A DNA stretch of 64,000 nucleotides from Raillietiella orientalis. Its lineage: Eukaryota. Below the pieces are notes generated by a model. That model had not been told where the DNA came from. It was given only the letters and a program-made list of their open reading frames with translations, and made no database searches. The stretch covers positions 372,001 through 436,000 of the forward strand of contig JAYWIR010000054.1 of NCBI GenBank assembly GCA_036172245.1, given 5' to 3'. The position numbers and the translations under genes are program-made. This document shows, one piece after another, positions 39,270 through 49,974 of this stretch (the first letter of the stretch is position 1; every line of letters begins with the position of its first letter).

Positions 39270-39900
39270 CCTGTGCTTGCCCCTGCGGTAGACTGACTCG
39301 CTGACCTGGAACCACGCGAGACGCAATTCGCCTCAACGCAGAGAACGCCCTCATCGCCGACGGACGAGCGCTTAGGTGTAGTGCGAACACACTCTGACAC
39401 GCCGACAGCGCTCTTCCTGTTGATCCCAAAGGCTTTTCCCAAGGTCTCCTTCCCTCAGCGGGAGATGGATAGTCCGGACAGCAGCCGTGTGACGTCTCTT
39501 CTCGATGCCCTCTGAAGGCTTCACACTAAGAGCGTCAGTCGTTTCGGAAGCCCCGTGGAGTCCTTTCTGAGGTCTTCCCGGTTGCAGGAAGACAGGGACC
39601 AATGCGAAGAAGGTGATTGGCCAGGGATTGCGTGCCGTTACAGCTGAATCATGTAGCAACCTGAGAGCGTGGCCCCCGATGTGGTTTCAGATTTGCTTTT
39701 CTATTTCTTTGAGCAGTAAAGGAGTCGCTTCTTTATCATTCACATCTCTGTCAGCAGTCGTTCCCTCAGTAATGCTATCCATCGCTTCAGTGTTTTCCAT
39801 TGGCAAGCTGCAGCTTCCTTTCCTTCTCTGCCTGCAGTGTTTTTGTTGATATCGTTGGTGAGAACTTCCTGCAATAGGATGTTTGTAAATGAAAGCCACA
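39270..39900 (-). pseudogene. 3' remnant of a subtype B copy plus shared 3' flank
   Basis: AACQWKTLKRWIALLRE retained; 39270-39815 is a close inverted copy of about 25690-26235. Confidence 0.65.
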
Positions 39901-42900
39901 GGATTCTGCTGGATTCATCTTGCATTGCGCAGATGCACTTCATGCGTGCGTGCTGCAACAGTTTGATACTTCCGTGCCCGCAGTTCAAATTCGATTCCTG
40001 TGTTCCAGAGCAAAGATAGAGGGCAAGTAAGAGCAGGTGAGTTGGAAGGTACAACCTGCAGCTTGATAACTAAAAGTGTGCACTTCGGCGTAGAAAGATG
40101 ATAAAAGGAGAAAGTAGAGAACGTTAAGACGACATTATCTTTAAAGCAAAAAGGATCATCAAGAGCGCATTTCAATATGGAAACGCGAAGTGGTTCCCAA
40201 AAGGGAATCTCCACATCTTGCCTGAGCCTTCCACGCTTACAACAGGAAGCCTGGAATATGCGAGCGAATGCAGCAAGGCTGCAGTCCGTGTCCAGGCGCA
40301 TCTGAAAGAATTATGTACGGCCAGCAGTACGCGATAGGGACTACGTAGGAACGGAAACGGCAACCGGGATTTGTCAGGATTCGTCAAGTAGGCCAACTTG
40401 TCCTCTTGTTGTTTTTTAGTGTATTTCCTGGTAGGAGACCAATACAGTAGAAGTGGGCCATCCTCCAGATGCTGTCTGAGGGAAGTGTTAGGCATGCATA
40501 GCTGGTGGTAACGGCAAATGAAGGGCGCGTACACCGGTGGGCCGCAGAGAACACCACGAGGGATTGTGGCGCGCCTGGATGCCCCATATCCTTTCTCCAA
40601 CCGTCCGCCCACGGCAGAAAAAGAATGGGAGCACCGCTGCGACCGAGTTGCCCGTTCTGCCACCGCCTGAGAACACGCCAACCTCTGACGGTGGAACGCC
40701 CGTCCTTTGCAGCGTCCCAGCAGCACCAACCACAGTTTCCACTGCAAGAAGCGTTCAAGAAAAGCGCTCAGCAGAAGTTTGCTTTACTCACCCGTATTGA
40801 GCCAAGATGTGCGGATGCTACATAATGTGGACCTTGCTTCGGTTGCGAGTCCGTGGTGTACTCCCACGTCGACATCGCGGAAAGAATGAGACCAGCAAAG
40901 TCGAGTGGCTTCCGGCAATCAGTGGAATTGCCAGAAACGTTCCTTTGGCCAAGTGGCGCGTTGTGGTGAAGTGATAGGCAGCGACTGGAGGACACAGCAT
41001 CACTGCTGAAGAAAGAGGCAGGCAGCAGCTTTGCCAACAAAGTTTCCGTGGTTGGATGGTATTCGCGCACGCCCTTCATGGGCGGCACGTCCACTTTGCC
41101 GTCAGCAGCTGTCAGAAAATCGTAGAGTGGAAGCAAGAGAACCAGCCGGGAGAATGGGAGGATAACGGAGGAGGCCTATCCTGTCGGCTGGTGGTGATGT
41201 CTTTGTAGGGAGCCGTTGCCACCGACTTTAGTTGCTGCGGAGATGGGAGCGCGCCATGCCGGCGCCGCCCACGTCGGCCGGCGCGCCCCTCTTTCTCCGG
41301 TCTGCCTGCTCTGCTGGTGTTACGGTGGAGGTGTTCTGCGATCAGCTGCTGAGTTGCTCGGCTGGATGCGGAGGAGGAGCCCCGGCCTCGCTACCTGGTC
41401 GATGCGAGCTGAGGCGTTCTCTCAGGCAGCGAACGTCAGCGGGGAGGACTGGGTGAAGGCAATGGGAAATAGGGCTAACAGGGGGACTTGAGGGGATGAG
41501 GGGTGAGGGAGGAGCACGCATGAATGCGTAAACTCCGCGGTCCGTGAAACGGAGGCTGAAAGCTCCTTGTTGGGCGACGGACGGAGGGCGGGAAGGCGAG
41601 CAGCTACTCGCGCGCCTCCTCGTCTAGCGAAGGAGCCGTCAGGGCAGCGTATAGGAATCTCGCGTAATCGCGAATCCTGAAAGCCGACAAAATAACCATG
41701 AGCACAGCAAACGAGCGCTGCCAGAAGTTCATGATTCTTCTTTCTGATGGAATGGGTTTCCGTGGTTACGCTGAACGAGGGGAAGGCGGCCAGGCGCATG
41801 CGCCTCTGGCGAGGATCAACGTGCATTTCTGGCGCTCACCGAAGTAGCGTTCTGTCCTAAAATTCTGTGGAGGCGCTGAAAGAGCGTGGCCGCCAACATC
41901 AACGATGTCCTGCTTTCTCTCCATGCTTCTATTGACTGCGCGTATCCACCTGGATGTCCTCTTTTTTCGCCTTTTTGCATCTCCGTGGTTTTCAATGCTT
42001 TCGGAAGTAATATTATCTTCCAAGAGACGGTGAACGGAGAATTGTCAAGCGCCAAATCCGTGTTTGCGTGGAAGAAGAGGATTCACGAGTTGGGGAAGGA
42101 AGGGAGTTGATTTCCCTTTCTGTGTTGGTGCACGGGATCGGAAACAGCTGAGATTACCTTCTCTTTGTCATGGAATGGGCAGCTCCTCTTTGTTCCATGT
42201 ACACCCAGGAGAAAACGGCGGCATTTAAGACGCTCTGTCTTCTAATTTTAGGGTTCTTCCGAAATGGAATTATAAGTAGGCGCTGCAAGGGCGTAGGCAA
42301 TCGAAAGCCTTCTTTCGTGAACGCTCTTCTGGCGCCTCCCACATAGTGCAAGAGCTCACTATGGCGCTGGCGTTGTCTGCAGAATGGCGCATTCCGTAAT
42401 GACTTTTTTGTCTCCCGCTGTCGTTGTGCAGATTCTTTCCGTGCAACAACGCATTGCATTGCACGCAGGAAGGCGCCGGCATTTGTGGCGCGTGCCGATG
42501 GTACGAAGCAGAGGTGTTTTCATTTGGATTCTATTGCGGCTGCGTAATTTAGGTCTGTCGCCCGGGTGTCTTCTATTCTTTGTGATGCGTAATCGTAAGA
42601 TTGGTTTCCTTGACCCAGGCTTCGACCCGCAGTGATGATCTCGTCTCCTCGCGCCTCTTAACTCTATAGGGAAGGAGAACGCTTCTACTTCTTGTCGCCT
42701 GCGGTTTCCACCCTTGCTCTATGGTGTTACCACCGTTCCGGTGAGGTGGCATGGTTTGGAAGTGCTTTTGTGGTGACGCTGCTCTTAGGCAGTCGGTGCT
42801 TCCGAACACACGGTCGTGGTTGATGCACCTTTTCAGAGTGCAGCTGAAGTTCTTGCTGCAATGCAAAGTCATCTTGGATGGTACGGAGCAAAAAACTGTC

Positions 42901-43992
42901 CCGAGTTTCGCGGCATAAATCCCTTCTTTTGTGAACTCAGAAGAAACGTTTACCACTACAGTCATCAGTGTGCAGTATTTCTAAAGAATTTCCTAATTTG
43001 TGGTTCTCCATTTGAGTGGTCACCTTACTCAACATGCGGTTGCTGCCTCCACGGTAGTAGATGGGTGGAAAGCGACGAAAGGTTCGTTCCTTTTGGCTGC
43101 ACACCAACACGTACAACTCGTTTCCACGTCTTCTAGAACAGGTAGTGAACTGCCTGTGGTCTGCAGTGCTTCATGGGTCACGTTGACGTTCTGGAAGACG
43201 TCGATCAGCAGACGGTGAAGCGCGAGAGACTCCTTTTCGTGTGATTGGAAGATTCACGCGTTGACGATGAAAAGTAAGCCGTTTTTGCTGCTTTTTGGCG
43301 TGTCAAATCGCATGCAGCTGAGGACACTCACTTTTCGTCGCATCGAGAGCTGCCTTTCGTTCGTTGCAGAATCGGCATTAACCGGCGCCATGTCCTTTGA
43401 TTTAGGTCCATCCAATCGCTGATTCGACGTCTGCACGCAAGAGATGGTACACCCTCAAAATGCAATTAATTTGCAGGAAATTTCTTGACTGCGTTGGCTG
43501 GTGGTCACCGCATTGCTGCGCGCGTTGGCCCGTACTTGAGCTATCATTGTGAACGCGAGTTACTCGTCATCGCCTCCGTACTGCTGAAAGCTGAGTGCGC
43601 GTGTTTTGCCAAGTAGGAGAGCTCAATTCCATGCATACATCAGTCGCATGTCTCTTTGTACATGTGACGTCACTCGATTGGGCGACTTTGAGCTTCTAGT
43701 ATCCCTTATATGATGCGGAAAACCGCCTGGGGGTACAGTGTGGCTCCGAAGAGTGTAGTCCCTCTGTAAAGCGAGGAACTGTCCCTGCTTCCGGCGACGC
43801 CGCAAATGCATTTGGGATAAGGAAACTGTTTCAGTGACATCACTGTTTACGTGTACGCTGTACGTTGCGTCACAAGCCAGGAACAGGTGTGGAAGTGTTT
43901 CTGCCAGTACGCTGAGATGAGGATGTAAGGGTTACGCCAACGTATGGACGACATCTGTGGGGAGGCCATTCTGCGAATCAAGCTTCTAGCTA

Positions 43993-44554
43993 ATGTCAGC
44001 ATTCCGGGAATCCTTGCTATCGGAAACACTCTCAGGTTGTGCAGGTGCGGCATTGGTTGCACCTTTGGAACGGCTGCAAAGAGCTCCCGTACGCGTTGGC
44101 GCCCGGCGTAAGACCTGTTGCTTCAACTTCGTCCAAATCGGACACTTGTTCGAGGATTGCTTTGTGCCCTCACGGTGTTATCACTGCAAAATGTCGGGCC
44201 ATAGGAATGAGTGGGAAAGACACTCCAACTTTATCGTGGCCCAAGGACTGCCTCCGCCTGTCGAAGTGGAGGAAAGGAATAGTAAGGCGTCTCGCAGGCG
44301 TTGCTGCCCCTAACCCTTCACATTCGGCGACTGCGGAGGGTGGCAGGACTGTGGAGGCGAATCTCTTAGATTGGCAGTAGAAGAAGAAGCCACAGAAGTA
44401 AAGGAAGCAATGGGCTGTGAAGGAATTACCTGTTCTTCCAGCTGCGGCGACGTAAAGCTTTCCGACTGCGGATGATAACCAGAAACCACGGAGTTCGCGC
44501 ATGAAAACGTCCGGGGCAGGGTGGCGGAGGCGGTGCGGAACGTTTGTTTCGACG
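43993..44554 (+). mobile_element. Decayed 5' part of an L1/Tx1-like element (ORF1 zinc knuckles and start of the endonuclease)
   Basis: CFNFVQIGHLFEDC and CYHCKMSGH are degenerate tandem CCHC knuckles; 44509-44554 nearly duplicates 45647-45692. Confidence 0.6.
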
Positions 44555-44747
44555 TTTTCACCCGGTCAAGCTGGGGCGTTTATTAAAAAACTTACAGAAT
44601 TTTCGGTACAAGGCCCCGCTGCGGCCAATAATTCTATGGAGCTGTCGGGTGGTCGGTGCGCAGACCGACTTGACACTATACGTCAACGGATGGGGTTGGG
44701 GGAAAAAACAAAAATAAAAAAAAAGAAACAGTTAAAACACTTGTCAT

Positions 44748-47700
44748 TTGAAGGGCCAGGAAGGGATCACCGTCCGTTGCGTGGATCTTCCATCCTTTGC
44801 AGGATGCCGACGAGTTCCTGGTACAGATTTCCCAGGTGGGGCCATCGGGATGCTATTCGCAGAAAGCGAGCTGCATACTCCATGGCACCCTTCCGTTTAC
44901 ATCTTCTGCTTCGTCGGATCCACTCCAAGCTGCCACAATACCGCGTACGCAGCAGAGAGCTGCCATTACAGCGGCTGGCTATCCGTCGCAAACACCCGCG
45001 GCGAGAGGGGAGCTGCCGAAGCCGTGACCCCGAAAGGGGGATCGGCGACGAAGGCACCCTCTAAGAGTGCTGGACCAGCTCCGGGCTGCCAGCAAAAAAA
45101 GAGGCAGGCGAAACGCCCGCCGCGCACGCGCAATTCGGACTCCGAGGTGGAGTCCGAGGGCAGCGCTAAGGTTCGCCAAGCCCCGGTCAAGGCCAGGGCT
45201 GCGCGCAAGCCAAAACTTGCCAGGCAAGAGCCTGATGTCAGGAACGGTTCCCGATGCTCCTCGGAGCCCGAGGCAATGGTCCTCGACTCCACCGAGCCAG
45301 CCGCGAGCTGCGCGGCGGGGACAGGAAGCGCTTGCGCTACCTCATCCGCCGTGCTCCCGGCTGATGCCTCGCCGGACGGTGCGAGGAACGCACCTCCATG
45401 TCCGTAGCAGCAATGCGCGTTCTCGCTTCTTCCCGTCGCGTCCGAGTGGCCTGTTGGAACGTCAACGGGCTGCAGGACAACGAGAAGAAGCGATTCGTTG
45501 CCAACGTCTTGCGCGACTTCGATCTGGCTCTGCTGCAGGAGATTCACGCACTCTCCGAGCAGCAAGCGGCCGATCTGCAAGTTCGCGCAGGCGGGACGCT
45601 CCATTGGAGGTCAGACTCCCAGAATACCTGCGGAGTCGCATTCCTTGTCCGGGGCAGGGTGGCGGGAGCGGTGCGGAGCGTTTGTTTCGACGAGGAAGGT
45701 CGTGTGGGCAAACTTGTTCTCAAGTGGACCGAATCGATCAACCTTGTCGTCACGAACGTGTACGCGCCGTGCGGCTCCGCGCGTCACACCGAGAAACTGG
45801 AGTTTTTCGAGAGACTGCGCGACCGCTGGCTCAGCAACTCCGGCCCCGACGTGGCTCACCTCGTAGCCGGGGACTTTAACGTCCACGCGCTATCGGAGGA
45901 GTCTCACCGTCGCAGGGAGAAACGGCTGGTGAACGAGGTGTGCGCGTCGGTGCACGCCTCGAATTTGCTGGCCGACGATCCCGGGGTGCGTGCTTTGCCG
46001 GACCATGTGTTCCTCGACGATCACCTGCATTGTCGGGTGGGTCGAAGAGGTCCCGTGCCGTCAGAGCTTTCCGACCACCACAGGCTGGAGTTTGAGCTAC
46101 TCCCGCCTGGCAAGGGCCCTCCGACGCACGTCTGGAGGTTGCCGGCCGACTGGTTGAGAAATCCGGTGGCTGCGGAGCACCTCCGCCAGCATCTCCGGAC
46201 CTTTGCCTTTCCAGAGCTCGTGGACTGGGACGATCTGAAAAGATCGGTCCGCGAGTTCTGCAGCCGGTTCCCCTTGCTTCTGCTTCCCTGTGGCTTTGGG
46301 GAAGGTGTGGCCAACAGCAGAGAGTTTCTGCAGGCCCGCCAATTCTCCCGATGCCCGGACGTCCGGTACCTTGCGGAGTACAAGGCCAAGGCCGATCGCC
46401 AGGTCTGGCAGTCAGGAGCGGCTTGTCTGCTCGACGACCAGGGCCTGGAGTGCTCGGGAGCGGCCGAAGTTCGCCGCCTCCCAAAGTGCTACTACTCCTC
46501 GTTGCTTGCTAGGGAGCCGACGGAACGCAGTCTCTCGGAGCTGCTTCTGCCGGCGGATTCCCCTGCGGTCAACGAGGAGGAACGCACCACTCTTGACTTG
46601 CCCTTCACGGCGGAAGAAGTGTCTTCCGCCATAGCGGGCCTCAAGAAGCGCAAGGCGCCAGGTGAGGATGGTCTGCCTGCGGAGTTCTTCCAGTGCTTTG
46701 CGGCGAAACTCATCCCCCTGGTGCTGAGGCTTTCTGCGCTGATGCGAGAGACGGGCAATGTCCCGGCCTCGTTTCGCTCAGCAAGGGTGCGTCTCTTGCC
46801 GAAAGGCGGAGACATGCGCCATTTAAGCAACTGGCGTCCCATCACCTTGGTGAATACGGACGTCAAGTTGTTCTCCAGGCTGTGGGTCGCGCGCCTAGGC
46901 AGGATCGCTGGATCCGTGGTAAGTCCGGAGCAGTCTTACGCTGTTCCCGGGCGGTCCATGGAGGCGAACCTGTTCTTCGCGCGCACGTGGCTCGAGCTGC
47001 AACGTCGCGTGGCGCACGACAGCCAGGCAACCGCATCTGCGGCTGCCAGGGCTAGGCGTCGCTGCATTCGGCCTGAGGAAGCGCCGGGTGCCTTGGCGGT
47101 CGCGGTCGATCTCCGCAAGGCGTTCGACTGCGTAAATCAGGATCTCCTGCTGGAGCTCCTGGAACGTCTCGGTCTCCCGGTGCACCTCGTGGCCTATTTG
47201 CGCGCTTGCTGGCGCCACGCGCTCATTTCCATCTCTTTTAGCGGCTGCCACGTGTACGGCGTGCCGGTGCGGCGGGGCATCAGGCAGGGCGACAGCTTAA
47301 GCCCGTTGCTCTTCAGCATCTTCTTTGAGTTGGTGCTGAGGGCGCACAGGCTGACGCTGGCCAACCTGCCGAGCTTTTGTCCAGGAACGCCGTCCGTGGC
47401 GGCCTATGCTGACGACCTGCTTCTCCTCTTACCCTTGACCACCCCGGCGTCCAGTCTCGAGGATTTCTTCGAGCTGATTCTCCGGGGAGCGGGCATGAGC
47501 GTAAACAGGAGCAAGAGCGTGGTTGTACCTATTGGTGCGGCGTGGGAGCGGCAGTCCGACTGGATCCGCCTGGGGATCTTGACCACTTCGTCCACCCAAT
47601 ATCTGGGCGTTCCGCTGGGGAACATCAGCCCAGTGGAAGTGTGGTCGGACTGCCTTCGGAAGGCTACGAGTGCGCTGAGCCCGTTCCAGCATGGCAGGTT

Positions 47701-49204
47701 CCTCCTGTCGGAGCGGGCCGCGATATGGAACACCTTCGTTGCCCCCCTCTTGCGCCCCCTGCTTTTTGTTCGCCCGCCTTCCTACTCGGAGAAGCTTCAG
47801 GCGCACAGCCTGTTGAGGAACGCTCTGTGGGGTCCTGTGAGGTCCAGGATCCGCCTGAAAGACTTGGCGGCTCCGCGTCGAGATGCTGGCTTAGGCATCC
47901 TGACGCTGGAGAGAATCGAGCTGCAGGTGCAGCTTCGGATGTTGGCCCTGTGCGCCAACCTTTGGTCCACTCCGTGGTGCGCTCCCGCGCGCCTGCTCCT
48001 GCGGCGCTGCACCGGCAGCGACGGACTTCTGTCGCTGAGTCCACATACGGAGCGCCCCACGACAAGTTTCGGTTTCCCTTTGAAACCGCTCTACCGGCTC
48101 CTGGCAGCCCAGGAATGGATCTCCTGCAGCCCAACGAACTTTGAAGGCTGGCGGCAGGAACCGTTGCATGGCTGGGCAAAGCACCAGGATGTTTCCTTCC
48201 TGGAACTCCGTTGGGTTCACCTCTCCCCGTACTGCACGGTGGATGAGGTCTGCAGCAGCCAGGAGAAGTGGACCCGCCTGGCCCTCACCTCCCTCGCCGA
48301 CGCGCTGTCAGCCCTCAGGGCAAGAGATGACAGCTGCGAACCGGCGAGATGGGAGGTCGCCTGCACCATCGCAGGAACAAAACGACCTATTGGCGGCTGG
48401 AGGACTTGCGAGCTGGCAGACGTCGCCACGCCTCGCCATATCTCGAAGGAACTCCTTCGGTGGAGTGAACACTTAAGTGTGCCCCCCGAAGAACTTGTGG
48501 TCCCTCTCTCCTGTTTGAACACTTCTGTGTTCCCCCTTTCGTGGAAGCAGGACGTCATCATGCTGATGCATTGGGGTTTTCACTCCAACCAGCGGACGAA
48601 CCGTGTTTCTGGGGGAGTTGTCTCCCCAAACTGTAAGCGGTGCGGGGAAGTGGAAACGCTCCCGCACCTGCTCCTGGACTGCGGTGCCCTTCTAGGACTT
48701 TGGCGGAGGCTGGCCTCAGCTCTCCTGCACCAGGGGGACACCGCGAGGGACTTGATGCGCCGCTTCTTCACGCCAGGCGGCCTGTCTTTGGGTGCTGTCG
48801 TTGCAAGCGTGTGTTGCACCCGCGCCATCGACAAAGCCCACCGAGAGTTGGAGAAGCTGGCCATCGTTCGTCAGCCCACCGGACTAGCCGATGAGAACAT
48901 GATGTCAGCTGCCGTTTCGGTCCATCTTCCACAGGACGTAAGGAGAGAGATCGCCGGCATCCATCGCCGGTTTTGAAAGGAGGGAACGGACTCACCAAAG
49001 ACCCCTGTCCCCTCCCCTCCCCATATCTTTATTTTTATTTTTTATAGTAGTCTATTTGTGGTCCCCTCCCTCCCGTTCCGGACTTTCAGCATACCGACCT
49101 ACGTGTCGGGGATCCCACCCCCTTCGTATCTTGTTTTCCCCTTTGTCCGGGAACTCTGTTCCCGGATAGTTTGTAATAAATGCCCCGGCGCACCCGGGTG
49201 ACAA
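44748..49204 (+). mobile_element. L1/Tx1-clade non-LTR retrotransposon (partial ORF1, intact ORF2, 3' UTR)
   Basis: Open frame 44748-45407 overlaps the ORF2 start; ORF2 is complete; the 3' UTR has a T-rich tract, AATAAA at 49175 and terminal hairpins. No target-site duplication recognised. Confidence 0.85.
45398..48976 (+). CDS. LINE ORF2: APE endonuclease, reverse transcriptase, C-terminal zinc finger (1192 aa)
   Basis: WNVNGL, LLQE, NVYAP, AGDFN, SDH; KAPGEDG, NWRPITL, DLRKAFD, GIRQGDSLSPLLF, YADD, YLG; CKRC...HLLLDC. Confidence 0.97.
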   Translation: MSVAAMRVLASSRRVRVACWNVNGLQDNEKKRFVANVLRDFDLALLQEIHALSEQQAADLQVRAGGTLHWRSDSQNTCGVAFLVRGRVAGAVRSVCFDEEGRVGKLVLKWTESINLVVTNVYAPCGSARHTEKLEFFERLRDRWLSNSGPDVAHLVAGDFNVHALSEESHRRREKRLVNEVCASVHASNLLADDPGVRALPDHVFLDDHLHCRVGRRGPVPSELSDHHRLEFELLPPGKGPPTHVWRLPADWLRNPVAAEHLRQHLRTFAFPELVDWDDLKRSVREFCSRFPLLLLPCGFGEGVANSREFLQARQFSRCPDVRYLAEYKAKADRQVWQSGAACLLDDQGLECSGAAEVRRLPKCYYSSLLAREPTERSLSELLLPADSPAVNEEERTTLDLPFTAEEVSSAIAGLKKRKAPGEDGLPAEFFQCFAAKLIPLVLRLSALMRETGNVPASFRSARVRLLPKGGDMRHLSNWRPITLVNTDVKLFSRLWVARLGRIAGSVVSPEQSYAVPGRSMEANLFFARTWLELQRRVAHDSQATASAAARARRRCIRPEEAPGALAVAVDLRKAFDCVNQDLLLELLERLGLPVHLVAYLRACWRHALISISFSGCHVYGVPVRRGIRQGDSLSPLLFSIFFELVLRAHRLTLANLPSFCPGTPSVAAYADDLLLLLPLTTPASSLEDFFELILRGAGMSVNRSKSVVVPIGAAWERQSDWIRLGILTTSSTQYLGVPLGNISPVEVWSDCLRKATSALSPFQHGRFLLSERAAIWNTFVAPLLRPLLFVRPPSYSEKLQAHSLLRNALWGPVRSRIRLKDLAAPRRDAGLGILTLERIELQVQLRMLALCANLWSTPWCAPARLLLRRCTGSDGLLSLSPHTERPTTSFGFPLKPLYRLLAAQEWISCSPTNFEGWRQEPLHGWAKHQDVSFLELRWVHLSPYCTVDEVCSSQEKWTRLALTSLADALSALRARDDSCEPARWEVACTIAGTKRPIGGWRTCELADVATPRHISKELLRWSEHLSVPPEELVVPLSCLNTSVFPLSWKQDVIMLMHWGFHSNQRTNRVSGGVVSPNCKRCGEVETLPHLLLDCGALLGLWRRLASALLHQGDTARDLMRRFFTPGGLSLGAVVASVCCTRAIDKAHRELEKLAIVRQPTGLADENMMSAAVSVHLPQDVRREIAGIHRRF

Positions 49205-49974
49205 ACAGGCGCCTTCGCCTGTTCCATCTCTTCTTCCACCACTGACAACACTAAATGCTCCTGTTCTTTGTACTTCTGCGCTCGCCACTGCATCCGTAGG
49301 TTCTGCTCGAGATGAACTTCATGTTCCATTTTTTAGTAGATCACTCTTACAGCGAGTCATTAAAGTATTGATTCCTCTCTGGACTGCAGTTGCATGATAC
49401 ATCGCCATTAAATTGGGTCGTACACCCAGGATTCCATCATCTTGTTCCTCCAGTATTCCATCCTCTTGAATTTCCTCTTCTATCTGGAGGACCTGAAACC
49501 GTCAGTGCACCCGGCACACCAAGGTCTCCATGGAAGCGTGCATTGCTTTCCTCATCCTCATTCGAATTTGTGCGTCCGCCTGATGAACTGCATTCAATGA
49601 AAAAAGGAGTGCTTGTCGTCTACCACTCACATTTCGTCGTTTCTGGATTCATCTAAAAATCCCGAGTACGAGATCACTCCCTCAATCGATCATCTCAGGT
49701 GCAAGGCCAGCGTGCAAGACGATGCAGACACCTTCTACAGGGTAGACTTCGCACTTGTGCAACGTTTCCAGGAGCAACGGCTGCGAAATGTCGGGAGCAT
49801 ATAGAGGTTGCTGGAATCAAGAAAATTTCTACTGGAAGGATTCAAGGACGCCCTATCTTGACACATAGGCTACTTGCATCCCAGATGCGACACGCCATTG
49901 CATGCATGTACACAACGTGGATGCTGTAAAAGTGTTACCAGGCGAAGCACCGCTTACCTCGAAAAGGGCACTGA
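49205..49974 (+). pseudogene. Subtype E pseudogene, mirror copy lacking its 5' part
   Basis: Reverse complement of 30587-31356. Confidence 0.75.

Noticed and set aside
39900..43990. Protein-coding gene in the unique spacer
   Set aside because: Only short ORFs with no motif I can recognise; may hold decayed elements but cannot be called.
45398..48976. RT as a bacterial retron, group II intron or DGR enzyme
   Set aside because: N-terminal APE endonuclease and C-terminal zinc finger define a eukaryotic LINE ORF2.
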